Shown here in pieces: positions 30,001 to 37,236 of a stretch of DNA of 64,000 bases. This DNA is from a virus (Duplodnaviria; Caudoviricetes). Location: positions 20,861-84,860 of the IMG/VR virus record IMGVR_UViG_3300020576_002081; one strand, 5' to 3'. Position 1 is the stretch's first letter, and every line of letters begins with the position of its first letter. Made by a program: the position numbers and the translations under genes. The notes beneath the pieces were generated by a model that saw only the letters and a program-made list of their open reading frames with translations, made no database searches and was not told the origin of the DNA.

Positions 30001-33000
30001 TTTAGATTTTAATTCTTCATAAATTTCTTTCTCTGTTTTGTTAGTATCAATTACAACAAAATCAGAATCTTTAACCTCTCCCTTAATTGGATTACCATAT
30101 CTCTTTTGCAAGAATGGAGTTGTATCAGTAGATACTGCCAGCCCATCACCAAATTGACTTACTTGATTTTTGCCTCTTTGGAAATTACCAAAATCAAAAT
30201 CTTTAACATCTACTTTTGTGTGGTGAAATACTGGCACTACATCTTTCAATGCACTACCAGATACTCCCGAAGTTTCTCCTAAAGCAGCTAATTCTGCATC
30301 ATCAATTTGTTTTTCTAATTCAGGAGTTAATCTGTTAATTTCTTTTAGTGCATCTTTTGCTTGTTGTTTAGTAAATTCTCCTTTTTTTACTTTATCAATA
30401 TATTCTGCATCATATTTAGCATTGATTTCAGAAATTCTTTGTTTTTTTAAATCTAATAATTGAGTTAATCCCTCTTTACTAGTATTAATTCCTTCTTTTT
30501 TAAGGATATTTATAGCTTTAGTAAAATCATTTATTGTTATATAATAACCATTACCCGATGGGTTTGGTTTAAAAATATTTTTTAATGATTGATATTTTTC
30601 AGGAAATGCTTCTGTTAATAAATCTATTAATGTTTTGAATATTTGTATTCTATTACCAGTTAAAGATTTTCCTTCCTTTCTATCTGTTATAGCACCTTCT
30701 TCATTATAAGATGTTAATTTTGTATCATTAGCATATCCAGAAAAGGCTTGCTCTGGTGTATTTTTAAATAAATCTAACTTTCTTCTTCTTTCTATATCAG
30801 CTTTTTTAGCTTCTATGCTTGTTTCAGTAGTAGCTGTAGATTCTAATGCTTGTAGTTCTGCATCATATTTAGCATTGATTTCATTTAAGAAATTACCATT
30901 AACCTGATAATTAATTTCCCCATTTAATCTTGCTTGTAAAAAATTTCTTAAAGCACTAACTGAATTACCAATCGAATGTACATAACCTCTGCTAGCTAAT
31001 GTTTGTTGTAATCTATCAACATTCCATCCTTTTTCACTAGCTTTATTTATAATTAATTCTATTTCATCAATTTCATCTTGAGTTAATTCTGTATTAGAAC
31101 CTTCAGGATTATATTTAACAAAAGCATTAGCTCTTCTTCCTTCATATTTACTTAATTCCTCTTGTCTTCTTCTTTTTATATCAGCTTTTTTAGATTCTAA
31201 ATTTTTATTTAATAATTCGCTAAATGTAGGTGGCGCAACTTCTTTATCTTGAAACTCTTTTAATTTAGCTTCGATATGTGTTTTATTATTAGCATAAAAC
31301 TCTTGTGTTTCAGCATCATTAGTTACAGTACCATTTTTAATAGCTTCAGCAAAAGTAGTTATAATTTTATCTAAATTTTTAGCTTTATCAATTAAACTCT
31401 TTCTTTGATTATCATTAACTAACGGATCATTTTTAAGTTTATTATGTAAAGAATTAAATTCATCTATTGTCATGCTTTCTAAAGCAACATCAACATCTGA
31501 TTTAACTTCATCTAAAACTTGTTTATCTTTTTGCTTTTTAACAGCTTCTTTTTCAGCATTTTGAACGTCTTTAACAATCTTTTCAGACTTAATTTTTTGT
31601 TCAATAAACTCATTTAAAGCTTTAATTTGCTCTGATGTATTTTGTAAAGAATTATACTTTTCTTTAGATTGTTCTAATAATTTATTTAAACCATCAATTT
31701 GTTTTTGATATTTAGCAACTTGTATTTGATTTTGAGGTAAATCATTGAATATAACAGAATTATATTTACTTAACTCATTATTTAAATCTTGAATTTTTTC
31801 TTTATAAAATACTTGTTTAGATACTTCTTGAAATGAAGCATTGAACATCTTATCAAGATATTCTTCATAACCTTCTCTACCTTCAAGTGCTTTAACAGAA
31901 GCAAATTGACTAACAACATTCATTGTATCATTATATAAACCTAATAATTGTTTAGCTTTATTCTTCTGTTCAGTTTTATATTTATTCTCATCAAGGATAT
32001 CAAGTTGATTAATTTTACTAGCTGTTAAACTAGCATTATCAATCTTATCATTAAGCAATTCTAAACCAACATCACCAAGTTTTAAAAATGGTATTGCAGC
32101 TCTTGTAAAGATTTTATTATCTAAATAATCATGTAAAACTTTATCATCATTTAATGCTGATAAGTCTTTTAATTTACTTTCTGTAATTTCATTAATGAAA
32201 TCTTCAGTAGCTTCTTTAAGTTTAGTAGGGTTAATAGATGTTTGAACACCATTTTCATCCCTATCATATATTTCATTATCTCCACTAAATCCTTCAAAGT
32301 TATCTTTGATTAATTGTGAGATAGTACCAAAATTCTCATTACGATATTCTTGATCTGCTTTTCTCTGTTTAAATGTACCTACAGCTCCACCAAATGAACC
32401 TAATACTAAATCCAACACAACTGATTTAAGACCCTCTGTTGTATTCATAGTAGTAAGAAATTCATTAGCCACACCTTTTATAAAACCTAAATCGGTCTTA
32501 CCAGTTGCTTTAGCTACTTCATAATTTTCAATAGATGTTTGACCACCTCCCTCAACACCTTCTGGTAAAGCTGATCCAAATATTGATTTAGAATATTGTT
32601 TAAGAGCATCTTTTTTAATAACAGGATTCTCCATTAACTTACCAGAAGCATCTTTAAATTCATCCAATATTGATTTATCAGCTTTAAATCTACCTAATAA
32701 ATTCTTATTCATAATAGCATTAGGTAATACTAATAAAGCTATGTTAGCATAAAAAGTTGCTTTACATGCTTCAGCAATTTGTTCAGGACTAGCTCCTTCA
32801 GCTTTAAGTCTATCTGCTACACCTTTAGCTTCAGCTAATGCTTCTACAGAACTATTTAAAAGCGTTAAGGTGCCTAATTCAATATCTTTAGATAACTCAA
32901 CACCAACTCCTAATTTAGATATCTTAGAAGCCAAATTTAAGCCTTTTAAAGCAGCTCCTGGAAAAATCAGACCTAATAAATAACCAACACCATCAGCTCC

Positions 33001-33495
33001 TTCACTTGACCAAAACGATGTACTAGCTATATTGTCTAATATACCACCTTTACCAGACTTATAAGAATGATAAACAGGTATTTCATTTTTAATGGAATCG
33101 TCTAATGATTCTAAGGTATTTAACCAAGCATTATCTAAAGCTTGATCTAAAGTAACTCCTTTACCACCTTTAGATATATTATCTAATGACCATTCTCCTA
33201 AAGAGTATAAATAAGCTGGAGTTTTACCTATTTCAACAGCAGCTTTAGAAGCTGCTCTTAAAACACCTAAACCAATTTGACCTAAACCAGATTGCTTCTC
33301 ACCTCTTAAATATTGGTAATCACCTGATTTTACAAATTCAGAATTTAAATTTTTATCATCATATTCACTATTACCAAAAGTTGTATTTCCAAGAGTTTCT
33401 AATGTCGAACCTTTTTTATCTAATTCGTTAGTTCCAATATTAAATTTTTTTGAATTTAAAAGTCTTTCTGATAGTGGTTTGTTGTTATCTGGCAT
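21079..33495 (-). CDS. Giant virion RNA polymerase polyprotein (~4,138 aa), crAss-like two-barrel RNAP
   Basis: YRIPTEG...GADFDFDK catalytic motif (23559-23536), TDAQVYISP, QVKCAM, zincin YHEAFH (27690-27670). Start taken at MPDNNK (33495). Confidence 0.9.
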   Translation of the reverse strand: MPDNNKPLSERLLNSKKFNIGTNELDKKGSTLETLGNTTFGNSEYDDKNLNSEFVKSGDYQYLRGEKQSGLGQIGLGVLRAASKAAVEIGKTPAYLYSLGEWSLDNISKGGKGVTLDQALDNAWLNTLESLDDSIKNEIPVYHSYKSGKGGILDNIASTSFWSSEGADGVGYLLGLIFPGAALKGLNLASKISKLGVGVELSKDIELGTLTLLNSSVEALAEAKGVADRLKAEGASPEQIAEACKATFYANIALLVLPNAIMNKNLLGRFKADKSILDEFKDASGKLMENPVIKKDALKQYSKSIFGSALPEGVEGGGQTSIENYEVAKATGKTDLGFIKGVANEFLTTMNTTEGLKSVVLDLVLGSFGGAVGTFKQRKADQEYRNENFGTISQLIKDNFEGFSGDNEIYDRDENGVQTSINPTKLKEATEDFINEITESKLKDLSALNDDKVLHDYLDNKIFTRAAIPFLKLGDVGLELLNDKIDNASLTASKINQLDILDENKYKTEQKNKAKQLLGLYNDTMNVVSQFASVKALEGREGYEEYLDKMFNASFQEVSKQVFYKEKIQDLNNELSKYNSVIFNDLPQNQIQVAKYQKQIDGLNKLLEQSKEKYNSLQNTSEQIKALNEFIEQKIKSEKIVKDVQNAEKEAVKKQKDKQVLDEVKSDVDVALESMTIDEFNSLHNKLKNDPLVNDNQRKSLIDKAKNLDKIITTFAEAIKNGTVTNDAETQEFYANNKTHIEAKLKEFQDKEVAPPTFSELLNKNLESKKADIKRRRQEELSKYEGRRANAFVKYNPEGSNTELTQDEIDEIELIINKASEKGWNVDRLQQTLASRGYVHSIGNSVSALRNFLQARLNGEINYQVNGNFLNEINAKYDAELQALESTATTETSIEAKKADIERRRKLDLFKNTPEQAFSGYANDTKLTSYNEEGAITDRKEGKSLTGNRIQIFKTLIDLLTEAFPEKYQSLKNIFKPNPSGNGYYITINDFTKAINILKKEGINTSKEGLTQLLDLKKQRISEINAKYDAEYIDKVKKGEFTKQQAKDALKEINRLTPELEKQIDDAELAALGETSGVSGSALKDVVPVFHHTKVDVKDFDFGNFQRGKNQVSQFGDGLAVSTDTTPFLQKRYGNPIKGEVKDSDFVVIDTNKTEKEIYEELKSKGYKFNKPDSGSYIGNDPAKEYNGTERANENPAIISLFNDFQKSNPEVKGVKIVNHIIANEKVSPFYVIYDNKSFYGEGSLKESEEESSSALKDVEGKKADIERRRQEELKSFTEREKESVKKSTKGTPINKDNPNSFKVGQEYNDGMLVIVQDVQTADNFDANIAENEGEGYTIIDRVLEYGEMKDGKQSKAPILRTRVFNNKEDADTYLEQQKQKFDSQIGKSRQYDKINAKYDAELATLENNNIQQSDINVDNEHEQDVVSENNQLVIDDEVSQKHPITDNQVESKGINRKNNVAMMHLFEHYFDNDFFKFKRQEGFPKLDNTSNINIKSINDIKIGDTINFKFVEVSPEISSLYEGLKDYDGKHIGIYKDNDLLGFVQQPHEISTKSSDPDLSKRLRDGLITYRKYIIKELNSNKEVVEKVLDKGTGNLYTKLDKQGRIDPVFDVLETARPKDKIENQLVFVYSNSLGKLTLPDNTDLDEGTINTINLRLAKLNKFDSKKGRVFQLVKDLNGDWSPIPVYPNVLNKETLDKISEVLSTSNNDNEPNDIIRRLQPYVYSTEFKRGVPITIKKEGGVIKLWNANGLVTLDEFQNNKFKNKSFLEGLKGVKQNISINDINKPSFQEDMKNRKSLLTNVTTFEGEYFVQPYIEYTQSISKKLNEASAQDNIELDQLQPSINDTDLNSKVKDKLKSIDLDTPINDDNALSINHDNTLLNKVKFQKWLSSRLPQLKLSDVDSIYQLKDVMIDSFGLFRDSTIYLFEGAGMKTAYHEAFHGVFRNLLTIKQRQDIINEAVSKYPQPTELEINNLKQSLKNKYSSEQLLYLYYEEKLADDFAKYAYDRNDSNFWVKLGNKIKDFFNKIFNFYRIFKSNDTTTIDDLFSNINAGRLATLNSKSNSVVNRSLFNEYAYSKALNSKLGVSTKVKIVKSIGNKFLAEYQQAIFNEQKVDSFTILKNIQDSYKKELVSGKLSEADEKECARIIVNFPDIWNEVKKYLEYRNIKSKLVLGYNTIKEEIEVQEEGVLEFKTDLTQESVEDIETYSLESKTVKGLGEWTSISGLSSASTRLKLFLSSIPIIKDGNVVKDNLGVTQYHEFSDLYYYIERNLIDKYELSEQLNVLKELAINRPVLNQIIDKLSNKPSEMSQEQFDLLVNDFKTNFSKQQLAYTLIKFDNENGNYSYKIIDANRSSLGREIFNQFEINVADPTKDVVGYYDKDGNRVIDASKAKDVLQAWDKLFSKLISYESVNALLNKVGIEYTPEVLKKILSSDISVWKNQVTTLMKWYASDFPINEEKEGRKALSQLVAYEVDNLMEKYTSSFINGENKNIYTIQLPSFISKTVAKIKNRDKFKLWKADLQKDDFYYKSNLLEALDNKEYRESFKVSYMDSFKDERGSREGVGFTSLTPKDYLNTEVALFQNTAVNSQKQTTMPVSKYIYITPSDKTMCVIIDASRYDVAIDPVDGSDLDLRKSPIFNKYYNVVLSEAIRIAKANNVKNDIIANKGEGKYNLNELEEHYHMSKSSFKKLSNMILEDKLDWDVIPTLFDGQAYKFNYFSLGFNNKVLAMTKEIFESSANKNDIIKAFDNLDTRQSIMKLLEAELNKDYKESVKEFERKGLIERLPNGLYKNKSLQLTSETKFVDGIQEQVENSEEVQDRQIKHLIANFSLNTLLHNIEFSNIFNGDFAQYKPKDLQKRTYQSQAMTVFGNFINKIIKTVVVKDVEVASESYNSIVDTLKSQGFTDAEIEEIAGKYSEGINVTDAQVYISPEFYKRIHVARGTWTSEMQEAFDIIENGSKGNIKESLHRLLGGIKPYYFGNRFDPKFEKQKFEQVKCAMLPLFKGYCDLNPLLAKKREQMLTDGVDMIAHESSFKAAIGFRNTISDDVEYLKLDLSTDNFGVQVDNPDHMDEGNDSMRQLKMLILGSIDKSKLYNDIKGDVIISNILNMEAENLADSLKELKDKMDVKSNINFAHFIKEMVTKRGATINVEEILNIVNGNFEYALDSGNIATQVENMISSIFTNNVIKQKFSVGGSAVQATALGFKYKNLAEQQDNLPQEALDLQTDLKWIKPEDGKISYAECAMPAWTKEFFDKKGNLIDIDSIPDELKQLIAYRIPTEGLHSMMPIKVVKFLPPTMGNFILLPYEVTTQFGADFDFDKVYFFGKEFFKDENNNLIPYKYYTGTDKKSTQSRYYQYSYTVSPKEKLSYEDFEELSVKEQNVRASRNNNIVDNYLTLLTSINNLHLLVSPSGFTQLENFQKTYFPNYDEYNFFSSRTQRDFKERNHIGIALKGQAALHVSGHSYGVLMDLNSTDYNEDGSLDITRSVNINGSNRTNFSGLYTDNGKLIADELASIMAAILDDIKNPLLEPLGINNNTIDVLATMIRSGVNMKTALMFTSQPAVKHLSKILAGNKNKVKDVNEGYLQIDDLIDSYTKLAESSLDKLEDKDNPTYQGYIKVMNSNKPEHVDINEKDMLNIIETYRIDGDEILKGHSVEGKNKLSFKKANPLELLEYYSYQVRVLNQFKNIESIAKELVKINKFFAINKEVGPNIEDIIAKRDILDNINGSNIVKGFNIDSVPSLKETWSTHEYALDWFESYFPYSTNAYMNIKNAVIKNQSKKSLNEVSIEERQYMNNFIRTYTDYMTDVFKDVPDNYNHLLNKFPVMIKNIKDTNNKDLKIGANTYEQIKNNLFIQNIKIELDKQNKIWYIQSKGNRLDLQVKNNIIEAFTALYRNVNTKPLAIDFIKHSFLTTGFFRGLNSYSQFISPEILKDLGYNDYRKNLISNLKDDMVVLSGVDEARLVDLIIRNNSKDFTKKFDGEMFNVKSNEPLPNKLVTNEALVKAAGRANDMIWYTYNEDGRVLNTPKYISVYDKFNRKPEIYVKTDDFSYEKTTILGKPGYLFEINPYINIEKSYLKYNNDKQVDENIEKLNKPVLEENIPNEEYEGYANNLFGEVNENFINEDINPEEGTTKNPEDC
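29280..31195 (-). repeat. Interspersed direct repeats bounding variable cassettes in the RNAP polyprotein
   Basis: Repeat A (encodes KKADIERRR) at 29681-29713, 30781-30808 and 31160-31192. Repeat B (encodes INAKYDAE) at 29290-29316, 30403-30430 and 30856-30883. Repeat C (19 nt, ACATCTTTCAATGCACTAC) at 29720-29738 and 30239-30257. Confidence 0.9.
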
Positions 33496-33496
33496 A

Positions 33497-35353
33497 TTAG
33501 TCTTGTAAGTCTTTAAACGATGTGTTGTCTGATGCAATATTGTATAAATCTGTTGAACCAACTTCAGTACTGTAATAAAGTTGATTTAAATATGTAAGCA
33601 TACTAGCTTGAGTTCTAAATGATATAGGTTCTTTAATTTTAGAGTTTTTACCTGGAGTTAACAAATAACCTGATTTCTTTTCACCAGTATTAGGGTTTGT
33701 AATACCAAATGTTTCTAAAGTACCCATATTAGGTATTTCAGTTTTATCTATCATTTCAACATCTTTATTTGCTAAATCTGGAGTTCCTTTAATTAAACCA
33801 GTTTCCCAACTAGCTCCTTTTAATCCTATAGACGCTACTTTATTATGGAAACCATCATCAACTACAGCTCTTGGTCTAACCATAATTGGTTGAATAGTAC
33901 CATCTTTTTTCTTAATATAACCATCTCTATTCATATTACCTTTAGGAGTATGTCTAAAGTTATTTAAAACAACTTCATCACCTTCTTTTAATACAGGTTT
34001 TTCAGCTAATGGTTGATCTGGTTGTTCAACATCCATTAAATCATAATTATTCCAATTTCTCTTAAGTTTTTCACTTTCAACTTTAGATATTGGTGCAGAC
34101 ATTTGTTCATCCGCAATTCTAGTTTTACTGAACGCATTATATTTATTTATAATTTCATCAAAGTTTTTATGATTAACTTCTTTATTATAACCAATAGATT
34201 TAGCTATTTCTCCAACTACTTTACCTAATTGCTTAGCTTTATCAGTAGCGTCTTTATAACCAACTATTGTTGAAACTCTTCTACCATTAACATCTACTAC
34301 ATCATAAATAGGTTCTTTCTCAGAAACATTTTTCCAATCAACATTTAATTTAGTTGAACCATCTGAATTTTTAGTTTCAGATAATATACCTGAATCTTTC
34401 AATTCATGAAAATCTTTATTATCAGCAGTTAAATCTAATGTTTGACTTTCTAAAGGACTACCATATAAAGAATTCTTTTGATTTTCTTCATCATGTAATG
34501 TTTTCCAAGCACGATTAACTTCTTCTGAATAACCTTTTTTACCTTTACTAAATATTTGTTCAGATGCAGAACTATACAATAAATTAACAGCTGCTTCATA
34601 AATATCTTTTTGACTAGCTTTAGGATAGTCAAATTTAACTTTTTCAATAAAGTCTTGTCCTTCAGGACTATCTAAGAATCCATCAGCTTTTTGGTAAGCT
34701 TCTTTTAAAACTTTATTACTGCTAATTGTTTCAACACCATTTTTATAACCTCTAGTTATACCATCTTTACCAACAATAACATTATCAATATCTGAACCAT
34801 CAGCAGCAATCTTACCCATTAATTTTTTAGCAGCTTCAGCATGATTAGCAGCAGACTTAATACCTGTAGACCTATAAGGTGTAAATTCACCATCTTTATA
34901 AGATGAATTAAATTTAGATATATTATCATTCCAATAACCATATTTATTTTCAGAAGATAACTTTCTTAAATTTTTCAAATCATCATTATAATAAGCATAT
35001 GAAGTTTCAAGTTCATTTCTTAAAGGATCATTTCTATAAGTTTTAATTAGATTATCTAACTTTAATTTATTAGAATAATCTGTTGGATTCTTAAGCCAGT
35101 TTTGAGCTAATTCATCTAATTGAGAATTATATTGATCTAATAATTCTTTCTTTTTAAAATTATGTTTATCAATAGCATTAACTTTAAGAATCTCATCTTT
35201 AGCTGATGATATATCAGAACCTGCTTGTTTATATTTATCAGAGTAATCTTTAGCTAAATTAGTTAAAGCCTCTAATGGTTTACCCACGTATTGTTCAGGT
35301 ACGAATGTACTAACATATCTTTGTGGTTGGGGTTGATCGAAACGATTAGCCAT
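33497..35353 (-). CDS. Virion cargo/ejection protein
   Basis: MANRFDQPQPQRYVSTFVP N-terminus and position upstream of the RNAP gene, as in crAss-like cargo clusters. Confidence 0.7.
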   Translation of the reverse strand: MANRFDQPQPQRYVSTFVPEQYVGKPLEALTNLAKDYSDKYKQAGSDISSAKDEILKVNAIDKHNFKKKELLDQYNSQLDELAQNWLKNPTDYSNKLKLDNLIKTYRNDPLRNELETSYAYYNDDLKNLRKLSSENKYGYWNDNISKFNSSYKDGEFTPYRSTGIKSAANHAEAAKKLMGKIAADGSDIDNVIVGKDGITRGYKNGVETISSNKVLKEAYQKADGFLDSPEGQDFIEKVKFDYPKASQKDIYEAAVNLLYSSASEQIFSKGKKGYSEEVNRAWKTLHDEENQKNSLYGSPLESQTLDLTADNKDFHELKDSGILSETKNSDGSTKLNVDWKNVSEKEPIYDVVDVNGRRVSTIVGYKDATDKAKQLGKVVGEIAKSIGYNKEVNHKNFDEIINKYNAFSKTRIADEQMSAPISKVESEKLKRNWNNYDLMDVEQPDQPLAEKPVLKEGDEVVLNNFRHTPKGNMNRDGYIKKKDGTIQPIMVRPRAVVDDGFHNKVASIGLKGASWETGLIKGTPDLANKDVEMIDKTEIPNMGTLETFGITNPNTGEKKSGYLLTPGKNSKIKEPISFRTQASMLTYLNQLYYSTEVGSTDLYNIASDNTSFKDLQD

Positions 35354-35438
35354 AGTGTTTATTTTAAACAAATAAAGCTTTTAACATTGCTGAAAAAAGC
35401 TTTACAAAGTTAAGAATTATTTTGTTAAGTTGTATATA

Positions 35439-37163
35439 TTATTTGTATAATTTTGCAAATTCTGGATCATTTAATATCTCAGGGTATTTAGCAGCTATAA
35501 TTTTAAGATAATCAGTATCTCTTTGAGCCAACTTATCATTAGTATCTTTATTGATTTTACCAGCTTGATAATCTCTATATTGACCCATAATGTTTTGACC
35601 AATATTACTATAAGCAGAACCTTTAAGGTTTCTAGCTTGAGCTTGATTTTGTAAATTAGCAATAGTTTCTCTATCACCAACACCTGCATTATAATAAGCG
35701 GCTTGATTCTTTAAATTAGCATTTTGAGCATTATAATTAGCTTGTATATTAGAATTAGCCATCATTTGATTTATAGCTAAATCTTTACGATTTTGTAGGT
35801 ATGTAGAGCTATTACCAACTGAAGCATTTTTAATATTAGTAGCAGCCATTTTACCTTGCATATTATTGTAACGTAAAGCTGGGTTAACATCTAATAACTC
35901 AGGAGTAACTCTATTATATTTTTCAACATCTACTGTATTAGATCTTTGTAAATCATACATATTACCTGCATTTTGAGCAGCTCCTAAACCTAATTGCTTC
36001 AATATATCACCATAAGGAATCTTAGGTGTAGAAGGTCCATTATCTTTAAAATCTTCTTTCTGACCATCATATTTCCAATAATTATGTTGATAACCTTGAG
36101 CTTGATATTTATCATACAAACTTTTATTATAGTCTGTTTTAAAGTTATCATTAAAAGCATCACTAGGATCTTCATCATTCATCATTTGAAGAGGTTGTTT
36201 TTCAGATTCTAATAATCCACCACCACCACCACCAAATTTTTTAATACCACCATATTTAAAACTTTCAGAATCTAAACCAATTCTTTTAGCATAATTTTCT
36301 AATTTAGATTGTTTAAGTTTTTCTTGTTCTTGAAATAAAGCTAAAGATTGTTTCATTTTAGCTTCTTTCATTAACTGAGCTGTTAATTTTTGAAGGTTAT
36401 TAGATTTTTTATCTTCAAATAACTTATCTTCTTTATTAGTATTATATTTTTTATTTAAATCAGCGAATGTTTTAGAAGAACCTTTAGGTTTAAGTTTATC
36501 GCTAAATACTATTTCACCATTATCAAGGGTAGTTTTAATACCGCCTTGTTCATGGCTAGGACCATTATATTGAGTAAATTCTCCATTTGGAGCAATAGTA
36601 TTCTCTTGTTTTTCAAGTTCAGCATTAGGTGACATATTAACACCGCCGTTAGCATAACCAACTGTACCACTACCTTGAGGCATCTGATTCATAAAAGGGG
36701 ACATTAAGCCAAAAGCGTTTAAGCCTAAACCACCTAATTGTTGACCAGCCATATCAATTTTATTAGCAGTATTTTGAGATTTCATATAAGCCTCATTACC
36801 ACCAGTTTCATCAGCAGGGTTAAAATTACCAGCCACACCTTGAACACCTTTACCTAATCCATAACCTAATTGAGCACCAAGCATAGGATTACCTAATCCA
36901 GCACCTATTACAGCACCTGCTACACCAGTAGCTATTGGGGCTATACCTTTAGTTATACCACCTGTTATATTAGTAATTTGACCAAATTTCTCAGCCGATT
37001 TACCTTTATAACTCTCTTCACCAATAACATTGTCTAAACCAATTACTGATAAAGCATTATCAGCAGTAGCTTTAAGAACGTTACCTGTAAAAGACTTAGC
37101 ATTGTCTAGTTTAGAACCACCAAATTTATATTTAGGTATTTTTTTAGTATTTTTATTTTTCAT
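35439..37163 (-). CDS. Virion cargo protein (crAss-like, KY..GG repeats, Gly-rich hydrophobic segments)
   Basis: KYKFGG, YANGG, KYGG; AELEKQE..., GPSHEQGGI, IVFSDKL. Confidence 0.72.
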   Translation of the reverse strand: MKNKNTKKIPKYKFGGSKLDNAKSFTGNVLKATADNALSVIGLDNVIGEESYKGKSAEKFGQITNITGGITKGIAPIATGVAGAVIGAGLGNPMLGAQLGYGLGKGVQGVAGNFNPADETGGNEAYMKSQNTANKIDMAGQQLGGLGLNAFGLMSPFMNQMPQGSGTVGYANGGVNMSPNAELEKQENTIAPNGEFTQYNGPSHEQGGIKTTLDNGEIVFSDKLKPKGSSKTFADLNKKYNTNKEDKLFEDKKSNNLQKLTAQLMKEAKMKQSLALFQEQEKLKQSKLENYAKRIGLDSESFKYGGIKKFGGGGGGLLESEKQPLQMMNDEDPSDAFNDNFKTDYNKSLYDKYQAQGYQHNYWKYDGQKEDFKDNGPSTPKIPYGDILKQLGLGAAQNAGNMYDLQRSNTVDVEKYNRVTPELLDVNPALRYNNMQGKMAATNIKNASVGNSSTYLQNRKDLAINQMMANSNIQANYNAQNANLKNQAAYYNAGVGDRETIANLQNQAQARNLKGSAYSNIGQNIMGQYRDYQAGKINKDTNDKLAQRDTDYLKIIAAKYPEILNDPEFAKLYK

Positions 37164-37236
37164 GTCCGTATTATTAATATAACATTTTATAAGTTATCTA
37201 CCAAATATTATCTGATATATTCTATAACATTGATTG

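Noticed and set aside
33495-33561. Upstream start codons in the ORF track for the RNAP (33561) and several other genes (35371, 19445, 46443, 4314, 6098, 9605, 11428, 1532)
   Set aside because: The extensions overlap neighbouring genes, promoters or the intron core; downstream starts fit the operon spacing better.
35378-35405. Inverted repeat AAGCTTTT...AAAAGCTT between two cargo genes
   Set aside because: Could be a weak terminator or processing hairpin, but it is AT-rich and lacks a clear U-tract, so the evidence is insufficient to call it.
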